DNA of 64,000 nucleotides from Bispira polyomma (Eukaryota), in assembly GCA_965649765.1 (NCBI GenBank), contig OZ287748.1, forward strand, positions 84,382,001-84,446,000, in the 5' to 3' direction. A program made the translations under genes and the position numbers. The number at the start of each line of letters is the position of its first letter. Position 1 is the first letter of the stretch. Shown in pieces: positions 50,301 to 62,300 of this stretch. The notes under the pieces are model-generated. The model searched no databases and was not told the origin of the DNA. It saw only the letters and a program-made list of their open reading frames with translations.

Positions 50301-53300
50301 TATGAACAAATTACTTGTGTGAACTTTACTAACACAACGTTACCCATTTATAATGTAATTAAATGTGATATAAAAGTTACCGCTGATTATGTTTATATTT
50401 ACACCAGAAGTTCTTTATTCTGTATGTTTGTATCCAAGACATTGTGATAATGAATATTGTAAAATATAGCTCTACAACACTTCCCTCCGCTGTGAAAAGG
50501 TTGGTCCCCAACCTTGCTTGACGGAAAGACAAGGTATAGTTAACATGAAGATGAACATGATTACACATTAGTTACTACAGTAACTTTTGATAAGCCGTAC
50601 TAATTAATGAACATCGAAAATGTAGCAAAACATAGACATACACATTATACATACAGCAGTTAGAATACATAATTAGAGTTACAATTAATAGATACATGTT
50701 TTTCCCATGTAGTGAAGATTACAAAATGAAATATACTGCAAATATAACTACATACAAATATATACATAAGTGGATCAGTTCCATTACATTATCTACAGTG
50801 CCAACTGCTAGTAAAACATGACTAACCATGATTGTAAGTGGTTACTATGATAATATAACACTTATTTTACGTTAATATCAAACACTGAATATTTTTCTGT
50901 TAGAACTTCTGTTTGTTGTGTTAGTTTGTTTGTTGTAGGAGCAATCAAGAGCTATGGGTTGTGAAGTTGGCTTAAGACTTTGTTCTCTCCTGTTTGAGAC
51001 TGTTGACTGCTGTCAGTCCATTTGTTACCTCATCACACAATCATGTTCAAAAGTGTGATTGGAACACTCTGCTTGTGCCTATAACACAGGTATATGCAGT
51101 ATTTATGGGAGAAGCATGTGTGTCTCCAATACTGCTGACGTGTGTTAATCTGGCCTGTTCGTTTAAAGAGGACACCATAGTTTGCTCTGGTGACCGTTGT
51201 TGGTTGTTGGACTGACACAGACTGTTAAGGTTGCTATCATCATTAGTGCTGACCACCATTGGTTGGCCAAATTACAGAATTGGTAATTTAATAAGTTACC
51301 TGGATAGAACTTAGCTATCTTTATTGGATGCAGTGAACTGTGTGCCACATAGAACTAAGTAGAACGTATAAAACATCTAAATTTTGCGCACATAATTTAG
51401 AATTTGGAAGAAAAAAAAAGAAATCTGCAGAGTTTTATATGCATTGTGTGTTCATTGTAAGATATAGCTTTTAAGAAAAATCTTTAAGGTTTCAATTCAG
51501 TAGCCATATGATCACACATGATAGCTGTGCTTGCTTCTGTTAAAGCTTACACTGTAATGATAATGTTTAGTCTTGCCATGTTTCTACTAGTGTGTTGCTA
51601 ATGATGCTGTGTTTGTATTTTACGTTTTGTGGCTCTACCAGAATGAGTTTTCTTAATATGAAACTCTTCCTTTATGCAACTTGGAATGGAATCTTCGGAC
51701 ACTTGTCTCTTTCCAGACTTGCCTGTTATTTTCACATAGTACCATCTTTTGCCTTCATGCTTGGCAGCTGTTTTGTAAATCTTTTCAATCTTAAGTGCAG
51801 GGTTTACCTGAGAATGAGGTTGAGACTCCTCTTGGGTCACAGGTTGACTATCTTGTGTCTCTGATGAAGTGTTGGACATTTGGGAGGATTGAGTAAGTGG
51901 TGTGGGAGCAGTATTTTCCCTTTCCTTACAGGGTTTGAGTTTATTGGCATGGACAGCACCTCGCCATGCGTTTTGAGTAGCAGTGTTTCTTAGCAGGTAG
52001 GTGTGATTATCAAAGACTTTTGCGATGTAGAAAGGACCTAAGAACTTATCGCTAAGTTTTGGTGACAAACGTTTCTTTCGTTTGTTATTTTTTAGAAGCA
52101 CATGATCCCCAAGTTTGAATGTAGGATGTGAAACTTTTTTATCATAATAATTTTTTGATGACTGTTGAGCTGCTGCAATGTTTTCCTTTGCTAGTTCAGA
52201 GAATATCTGAACTTTTGTATTAAGTTTGTGATAGTGTTCCTCTCTACCTACAGGTGACTCAGTGGTAGCTAAAAAATTGAGATCTATAGGCAGCTGACAT
52301 TCCTTACCAAACATTAACATGTATGGAGTGCACTTAGTTGACTGAGTAGCTGGTGTTCTTCTGTATGCACACATGATACTTGGTAGGATTTCATGCCAGT
52401 TGTTTTGAAACTTATTTATATATGCTCTCATTCCTTGTAGGATATAGCTATTCATTCTTTCTGCTGAGGAATTAGTTTGGGGATGATATGGTGTTGTGTT
52501 AATCTTTTTAATCTGAAAGAGCTTGCACAAGTATTCCAACAAACGTAACATGAACTGCTGACCTTTGTCAGTAAGGATAGAGGATGGAGCGCCATATCTA
52601 CAAATGATTTCATTGTATAGAATGGTGGCAACATTAGCTGCTGTGGCCTCCTTTGTAAAAGAATCTACTACAAGCAAGATGTATTTGTGTCCCTCGGTTG
52701 TAGTAGGCAGAGGGCCTAGAAAGTCTAGGTGGAGTCTGTCAAACCTAGCTTTTGTGGGAATCGGTTGTAATGGTGTAACAGAGGCATGGTACTGTCTTTT
52801 TATATGTTGACATGTTTCACATGATTCTACATATTCTTTGACATCTTTGGCCATTGTATTCCACCAGTACTTTTGTTTCAGTCTGTCGTATGTTCGTTCA
52901 AAACCTTGGTGACAACCTATTGTACTGTCATGATATGCCTCAAGTAGCTCTAGTGGGACTGTTTTGGGAATCAGTAACTGTTTAATGAGTCTATCTTCTC
53001 TATGACCCTGATGGAGCATATCCTCTATAATAGAGTAAACCTCCATGTAGCTTATAATCAGGAGCTGTACGTGTTACTTTCTTAACTACCTTTTCATCAT
53101 CTGGTAAAGTTCCTTCTTCAATAAACTGTATGATTGGCCCTAAATCCGGATCTTGTTTTTGTTGATCTGTTAAACTTACTTCTGAATTACTGGTGAGATC
53201 CGTGAACAATGAAGTAGGGCTTATATCTTCATATTCATGAATGGCCGACACATACTTTTGTAAAACTGTCACTTTGGTTGGTACTGATTTTACTTCTTGC

Positions 53301-56300
53301 TCAACTGTGTAACTTAAGTTATACTCAACCATAGGAGCTTTATCGGTGGTAAGTGTAGAAACTAAGGGGAAGGTGTTTGGCTCTGGTTCTACAGTAACAT
53401 CAGACTTTTCAGGATAAGTGCGTCAGGATAATGCATCAGCATTACCGTGTACTTTACCAGGTTTGTGAATAACAGTAAACTGGAATCCTTGTAGGTAGTC
53501 ATACCATCTTTGTCGACGGCCAACATGCTGTTTTGCCAAGTCTAAGCTTTTCAGGGCAGAATGATCACTGTACACAGTAAAGTGTTTGCCTGATAAATAA
53601 TGCCTGTAGTACCGGATGCCTTCAACTAAGCCAAGCCCCTCTTTATCAGTAATTCCCCATTTCCTTTCACAATTATTCAGTGAACGGCCACCATAAGCAA
53701 TCACACATTCTCTACCTGTATCATCTTCTTGTCCAAGGATGTACCCAATGGCAAGGTCAGATGCATCAGTGTAGAGTATGAACTCTCTGTCAAAATCAGG
53801 GAATTTTAAGATAGGTTCTTGTATCAACTTACTTTTCAGCTGTTCAAATGAACTTTGACACTGGTCTGTCCAGAGAAACTTTACATCTTTTTTCAACAGT
53901 CTGTTTAATGGTGTAGCTATATGGGCAAAGTCTTCCACAAACCTGCGATAATAATTACAAAGTCCTAAAAAACTTTGTAATTGAACCTTAGTTTTTGGTA
54001 CAGGAAAGGTTTTTACTGCACTGACTTTTTAAGGATCGGGTTCAATTCCCTTCTCACTTATCAGATGCCCTAGATATGGAGCTTTTGGGAGGGCAAATAG
54101 GCACTTTGGGGGTTGTAGTTTGAGATTGGCTTTCTCTAGGCAATCAGATACCTCAGTTAGATGTTGCAGATGTTGAGAAAAACTACTACTAAATACAATT
54201 ATATCATCAATATAAACTAAGACATACTTCCAGTTTATTCCACAGAGTACTTCACTCATGACCATGGAAAAGGCCATAGGAGCATTTTTCAAACCAAAAG
54301 GAAGCCTTTTAAACTGGTAAACACCATTTCTGGTCACAAAAGCTGTCTTGTGTTTAGTTTCCGGGTCAAGTGGAATCTGGTGAAAGCTACTTGCCAAATC
54401 TAGGACAGAAAATAGTGTGGGTTTTGACATAGCAACAGTGTCTACCACTTCCGAAAATCTAGGAATTTGGAAGTACAGATAGTCAGTGATTTTGTTCAGC
54501 TTTCTGTAATCCACCGCAAATCTGAAATCCCCATTTTTCTTTTTAACTAGTACCACTGGGCTTGACCATGGTGAAGTACAAGGTTCTATTAGATCACCTT
54601 TAAGCATTGAGTCTACCAATTTGTCAGTGACTTCTGCGGTTTGAGGTGTTTGTTTGTAAGGAAAGCTTCTGACAGGTGAAGCATTACCTGTATGAACAGT
54701 ATGATGGTACACATTAGTACCAGTTAATTCTGTGACATCATTGGCAAAGACATGTCGGTATTTACCCAGAAAGGTTAACAGTTGTAGTTTTTGTTCTTCA
54801 TGAAGTGCACTGTTGTCTAGGGATATACCTAAGCTTGTAGCTTCCTTAATGAGATGCTCATTACTGACATATTGATGTTCTGTTTGAGATTGACTGATAC
54901 TTCGGACTTATGCTGTCTGAGGTGTATTGTTGTTTGTACCTGATATTATGTCACATTCTTGGATTGGTGTTTGTAATGCGACATGTGTATTTTGAGGTAT
55001 TTCAATGTCATGATCAGTTGGATTGAGAACTCTGTAACAAGATGTACCCTTAGACATTGAAAGTAAACATTTTGCACCAGCGATGTAATGTTGAGACATT
55101 AACATTTTGACAGGTTCAGCCAAACAGGAAACAGTTTTTCTCTTGTTATGTCTGCACATAATAGTTATAATTTTCTCAGTTCTAGGTGGAATTAGTTCAG
55201 TAGTAACTGTTTTTGCAAGGAAACTTTTGTTGTTGTGAGATGCTTGAATGGTACTGACAGAGTTGCCAGTGTCTATTGTTAGTGTCTCCTTGTCAAATGA
55301 CAGAATTGCTTTATACTTTTGTAAAAAGTCTTTCCCTAAGATACACTGGTGTGCTAATCCTTCAACAATATGATATGTATGTGTTACTGACTCACTTCCT
55401 ACTGTTATAGGAAAACTAGCTAGACCACTTGTTTTCAGTGTACCACCCCCTGCATGTGTTAGTTTAAGAGATGATACCTGAACAGGGTATGTTTTGTTGA
55501 GCCCTAGCTGAGTAAAAACCTTATAGTTCATGCAACATACATCAGCACCTGTATCTATTAGAGCTTTTACCTCAACACCATTTATGAGTACACTAACTGA
55601 GCATTTGCCTTGATTTATACCGGTCATGACCCTATTTGACATAATTTGAGTATCTATGTTGGCCTTAGAGAGGTTCTTTTGCTTGTTACTTTGAAAACCA
55701 CTGTCACTACTCGATACTCTTACTGTTCCAATGTTTGTCTTTACCTTCGAATGATTGATACCTTTTTGCCTATCCAGGTCATTAGACAAGTTACATTTAC
55801 TGTACAGGATAGGCCCGCACCCCTATTGTGAACTTTTACACATTTTCCCGAAATGGTTACTTTTTTGGCACTTATAGCATGTTTTACCTCTAGCAGGGCA
55901 CTCAGATAAAGTAGAATTGAACTTACCCCCACAGAATGTGCATTGTCTGTAATGAGTGGTGTCATGTCTCTGTTGGTGGTTGCCTTTTGTTCTCCATTGT
56001 CTGTTTGGTGTGGATCCATGGGATACACTAAAATGCTGTGGAGTCTGCGACACATTTTGTGTTACCGCTGTGAGGCTGCTGGCCAGGTCCTTCAGTGTTG
56101 CACATAATTCCACTACCTCTGGGGTGGCTGGAAAGCTGGCAGTGGCTGTGGAATTGTCCTTTGGCAGCGTGTCACGGCTATGCGCACATCTTGTAGTGTG
56201 CTTGGATTCTGTGTGGCCACAAACCCCTGGATGTCTGGATCCAATGCAGCCACCACAAAAGGCACAATCTGAGTGGCCTCCATTTTACATTGGTGGTACA

Positions 56301-59300
56301 AATTCACAATATGATCTATGAAGTGCAAAGGATTTTCCCCCGGCTGCTATCGCATGTTTTTGAGGAGCTCCATCGCCTTGAAGGAATCAGCTGTTGTTGA
56401 AAAGCGCTGCAGGAAAGCCACCTTGAAGTTGGCCATGCTTGCCTTGGCTGTCGCTTCCAAGCCGGAGAACCAGTAATTGGCTGTATCATCCAGGTAGAGG
56501 CTAATCTCCTTCAGGAGATTCTCATCGGTGGTGTTATTTTTAGTAGCAAAGGCCTTCAATTTTGTGAGGAATATCTCGGGGTTTGAACTGCAAGAGTCAA
56601 AGACTGGGGCTCTGTTGTTCGCCATGTTGTCTGTCTTCGGTGATGTTGATGTTGCTGTTGTTGTGCCTGACGCCTTGTTACTGCTAGGATCATTTAGGTC
56701 AGCTTGAAAGTGACCAACCCATCTCCACCAAACTGTTATAGTGTGGTTTCTTGGTACATTTTGTGTTTCAAGACTTCCACACTATTGTTAGGGTGTTGTG
56801 TTGTGGCTCAGGCTTTGGGGTGGTGTAGCCTTGTCAGATTGACTAAGAAGATACAGTTTTATTTTCCATGTTTATTTGTTATAACATTTACAATTAGTTA
56901 TCCCCTGAGTGTTTCTGGCTGAGCTCCTTTTTCATTTATTGCCAGCTAGAGCTGAACTGTAACTATAAGTCTAACTGTTTATTAGGCATAGCTTTCTACA
57001 CTAAACTTAATACTTCTATTTGTAGAACTCAGAACTCATCTCTATCATCTCTGTGAAACTATCTTTGCACCTCTGCTTTTCCACTCTTCAACTCTGCAAC
57101 TCTGCTACACAATTCAATCAGGCCATTTATATACTTGAACAAAAGGATATGATTCATACCTTTAATACATTGAGAACTTTCTTAAAATAACCTTATCAAG
57201 ACTCATCTAAAGTTTTCACAAGTTATAAAGTTAAGCAATACTAAACCACTAAAACATACACACTACTAGAGAAAGGCCAATCCTCCTACACAAACAGTTT
57301 TCTTGGAAATGATCATCCAGAACTTTGTCTTTACCTAGAAATGTGCCATTATCAGAGGAGGATGTGGATCTGTGGTTACCTTAAACATAACATTTTTAAC
57401 CACCATATGAAATAAATATTGATGTGATTGAACTCAACTTAAAGGGTCATTCTATTGCTATAATACAGTGGCACATGTTTATTTCTTTTTAACTGTGTTT
57501 CTATGATTGTAAAAGTTTGTACAAGTGACAATTTATTAACTCCCTACAAATCTGATAACTTTTAACATATGAATTTTTCCTTAATATTAATAACTGATAT
57601 ATTAATTTTCATCCTGAACAATAAGGTACATGCACATATAGTGTGTGATACACAAAGAAATGATAATGAATAGATATTTATATGAAATGTTAAATATGAA
57701 CAAATTACTTGTGTGAACTTTACTAACACAACGTTACCCATTTATAATGTAATTAAATGTGATATAAAAGTTACCGCTGATTATGTTTATATTTACACCA
57801 GAAGTTCTTTATTTTGCATGTTTGTATCCAAGACATTGTGATAATGAATATTGTAAAATATAGCTCTACAACAACACTTTCCTAAATTTACAGTTCCTAC
57901 TCTTAATGCTTTTTCCATTTTCTTAATCCCCTAGTATTCCATTTTTAACAAACTGTTTCTTTCCTAATATTTTTTGGATGATAGAGGGCAGCCTATATGT
58001 CAACATATCTTTACATCTTATCACATCTATCATTATCATCTATCATTAGGAGCATCCTACATGCCTATTGATGTCAGTTACCCCACTCCTCTGTTGGAAG
58101 ATATCTTCGCAGATGCCAAGCCTATTGCCATTTGTGCTGAGCAGTCAGTTCTCCCTAATTTAAAAGGTATTGTATAACAAACTTGCTGACCTCTCTAGCA
58201 TATTATTAATTTTGTTAATATTATATGTATACTAGACCCTCTGTAACTAGAACCAATAGAAGTCAAATTTCTCTTTAAGTTAGACAGAAGTAGAACCACA
58301 TCCTGTGAACATTAGACATTTGACTTAATTATATGCAGAGTCTATTAAAAAAGAAAATAATAAAATAGCCATATATTGATAAAACTATTATAAGAGAAAT
58401 TGGAGTTTACAGAATTATCAGCTGCAACACTAATTAACATTGGTGAGGCCAAAATGATGCAACTTTTAAAAAATGTAGATGACCTGGGTTCAATACCAGC
58501 ATTGCAGGGGCGACCAGTTACAGGCAGACACATAATGGCTTGAATTACAACTGACTTAATATAGTAGTCCTCAGTTATTGGTTCATAACCCTAGTTGGCT
58601 AAAAAACCTTTGTGGTGTTGCTAAATAGTCAGCCTCAAGCCCCTCTCTTCAGTAATGGCCCATTCACATTGCAACAAATCAGTATATACAAATTCGTTGG
58701 TTGGTGTAAATTAACAGAAGCATTCTCACTGCAAAGAATCAGGATAATGATCTAGAAATTTGATAGGGATCAAATATTGCACAAATCTTTTTTTTAATTT
58801 CCACACGAATTGTTGAGGGAGATAAACAAAAGCATGTGGAAATAAACAACATCATCTAAACATAAGTAAAAAGTGACACATCTGCGCAGGATTTGGCTGA
58901 ATATTTCGTCTGTGTATGTACTGCAAATGTATAAAATTAGGTTTCATGTGTATTGCTGAATTCTTTAATAAATACCGACTCATTGCAATGTGAATGGGCC
59001 ATAAGGGGAATGAATGATAGTTAACTGATGCTGGCTGGCTGCTGGATGTCAAGAAAAGGTTAATTAGTGTTTTGAACACCAGATAAAGGTAGATAAGTGC
59101 ACTGATTATAAATTTGAATATAATACAGTTAAGAATTCTTTCCATAATAAAATTCCTAACCACAAACCTGCACTTTTGTATGTAACAGACAGAAAGAATG
59201 TGATTGTGATGAACAAATCCTGGCAGCAAAGAATACAGAAGGAGTTAGAAGTGGCTGATTTGTGTGTTGAACCTCCTTCAGTGACATTAGACAACCTGGC

Positions 59301-62300
59301 CTATACTGTGTACTCCTCTGGTACTACAGGGAAACCTAAAGGTCAGTGCAATGAGTACACTTACAATTCACAGATATTAGGTGCTGTATGTTATATCTGG
59401 AATAATTATTTGTATTTTTTTTAGATCAATGTTCTATTTGTATAAGTGAAGCAATACATATTCCAACAAAATGTTGTAAAGCCAGTCAAGTTGCATCTGT
59501 AGACATCAATATGTGCTCTACAAAAATGACAAGGAAACAAAGCTAAATATCACACACCTACATGAATAGAATAGGAGAAAAAAATCAAATCAAAACGAAA
59601 GTTTTTTTTCCTGTTTTGTTTTTTAGTTAACTCTAAGAATCTGTGGTTGCATTTCCAAACACTCTCATTATAAAATTCTTATAATTACTTTGAGCCAATC
59701 AGATTCCTTGAAACAGTTTTGTAAACCAAACAAATTGCTCAGACTCAGAAAATTTTATCACTGTGAATAATTGACCAGACAGTTGTGTGTTTTGTACTGT
59801 TATGATTATGAGATTTGCACACTTTTCAGGTATCCAGTGCCCACACCGTGGTGCAGTGTTTTCCTACTCTCACAGACACCAAGCCTTCCCTTACCAGGAG
59901 GATGACAGAGAGGCCTGTAACGTCTTCTTTGTGTGGGAGATGCTCAGGCCTTTACTTAAAGGTAAGTGTCAGTCAAACCCAGGCCAAAGTACAGTTGTAT
60001 TCAAATCTATACTCAGTTATCTATCTTTATCCTGGTATCCAAAGACCAAAGCTCTCATTAACCTAAAGCCAACCAATAACTGTCAATTCCCCTTACTTAA
60101 GAGGGTCTCCATTTTAGGTTTTCACTCAAGCCACTATACATGACTTTCCTAGTTTTAGGACTGAAACCAGGTCATCCAAGTGTTGTTTACTTGGCTACAA
60201 TGGTTGCTAATTATATTGCATCCAATGTTATGGTCATTAATTTTTATTGCAATATTGCAAACACACAGTTCCTTTAAATTTACTGAGACTCTTATTCTAT
60301 TGTAGGAATCACCCTGTATATTATTCCTGACACTGTGATTTATGATGCCAGAAAACTAGTGGATTATATCAAAAAGAACCAAATCACCCGTATTCTGTTC
60401 ACACCATCCCTCCTGGAAGCGGTTCTGGATGCTGAGGTGGATTCAGTACATTTCTCAGACAGCATCAAGTCACTCAGGTAAGTTCTGCACCAAGGCACAA
60501 GGTCTAGGTCTGTAGATAAATAAATATTAGCTATTATGAGCACTATTCCATAACCTTTTTTAATCAGAATTGCATTGTCAGTCCTTAGAATCCACATTAT
60601 GTAGATAAGGTAACTGGTAGTCTGATTGAATGTATCTTAAATACTCATTGGCATGATTATTTCGGTTTTATCTCACTAAGTTTTTTTGGTCAAATAAGTT
60701 GTACAGCTACTATATTTGATTCACTAAAACATGACAAAGTTTTACAAAGATGTAGGTTTGTTGGTAAGTGAGTAATGATTACATATTGGTTTCAATAGCC
60801 ATAATAAGACCAGTAATATAATATTTGATTTATATTAACTATTATTTGTTTATAAAAATCAAGGAATATAAATGAGATGGTTTGGATCCATTTAATGTAC
60901 AGTTATAAATACAGTTATGGAAATGTAATGCTAATTGCTGATCAATTTCCTATACAAATCCTAGTTTGTCGCCTCTTTTAGCATTCACAATTATTACAAT
61001 ATAAGTTAAATTAATTTTATCTTTTTTTATTTATAGACTTAAAAAATTAAAAAAAATTATAATATTCACCCCATTTGAGTGTTTACTAATAAGATATTGG
61101 GGCAGACCGAGAACAGATAAATGTTGTCAGACCCTTGTTTAGATAGCTGTTTTGTGTGGTGTTTGTAGAACAGTGCTATTTTGTGGTGAAGTGGTTACAA
61201 CAGGACTACTAGACAGGTGTATTAAGGCGTTCCCCCATGTCCAGTTTGTCAACCTCTACAGTGTCTCTGAGTCACATGACATAGCCTGTATGGATCTGTC
61301 ACAGTGGTATTCTACTCTAAAGGTAAACAGCTTACTTTTTCTAAATTCTAGAAACATGTATCAATCTCTGATTATAAGTACAGTTAAACCCCTTTTAAGT
61401 CGAAACTCATGGATCAGGGGAAAATACCTCTACTTGAGCAGGATTTCCACTTAACAGAGTAGATATTTAACAGAATTTCTCCACATAAACGGGAAATTGA
61501 CTTAAAAGAGTTCCACTTAAAGTGGTTTGACCGTTTGACCTGCAATTACAGCAGACTCTCGACTGTCCAACCTCCCTTTATCAAAAATTCAGATTTTCTG
61601 AAACCCAACTAATATCCCCCATTTTTGTTTTGCATGTTTCTTATGTCTATTAATTGGCTTGGGTAGGTGATAATCAAGGTTTTGATTAAAATATTCACTT
61701 AATTGGGTTCAATAGTAGATTTGGAAGACAGACCACCACATTCAACAAGTACCCCTTTTCTGTTAAAACGTATGTCTCCTCTATTCTAAATGGTTTAATT
61801 GTGTCATAAAAAGCTTTTCTGTATGTAATCAAATTATCCTCATTAATAATATAGTTGTTTTTTTTTAACAGGTGATTAGTAACAAAAAAAAAACATTTTT
61901 CAAATTTAGCTTAAGCTTTGGCTCTGACATTTCTGAAACAGCTCATTGCATATAAAAAAATATTTTGGCACTGAATCCATAACAACAAATTAACATACAC
62001 ATGTACTTGTGCCAGCCATTTCAATATCATCAGAATGGAACCGGTTGTCATATAATTATAATGAATCAAAATGAGAATAAAGAAAACTGCAATAATTCTC
62101 TATTTTGCATTACAAAATTTAGCTTAAAATTAACAATTATTTGTACAGCTTTTTCATGTTTGTTTTTTTAGGACATAAAGGCTCTGAAGTTTTGTCCTGT
62201 GGGGAAAGTTTTACCAGGAGTACATGTAGTGATACTGGATGATGACCTCAAATCACAACCTCTGGGTGTACCAGGAGAGGTACAAACAAAAAGTTTGAAC

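Larger units (their letters stand above)
49332..57873 (-). mobile_element. Full-length Ty3/Gypsy LTR retrotransposon (decayed), antisense in intron 2 of the NRPS-like gene
   Basis: Two direct LTRs with TG..CA ends (49332-50479 and 56734-57873). 4-bp TSD ACAC (49328-49331 and 57874-57877). PBS and polypurine tract present. Domain order gag-PR-RT-RH-IN is the Gypsy order. Confidence 0.96.
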
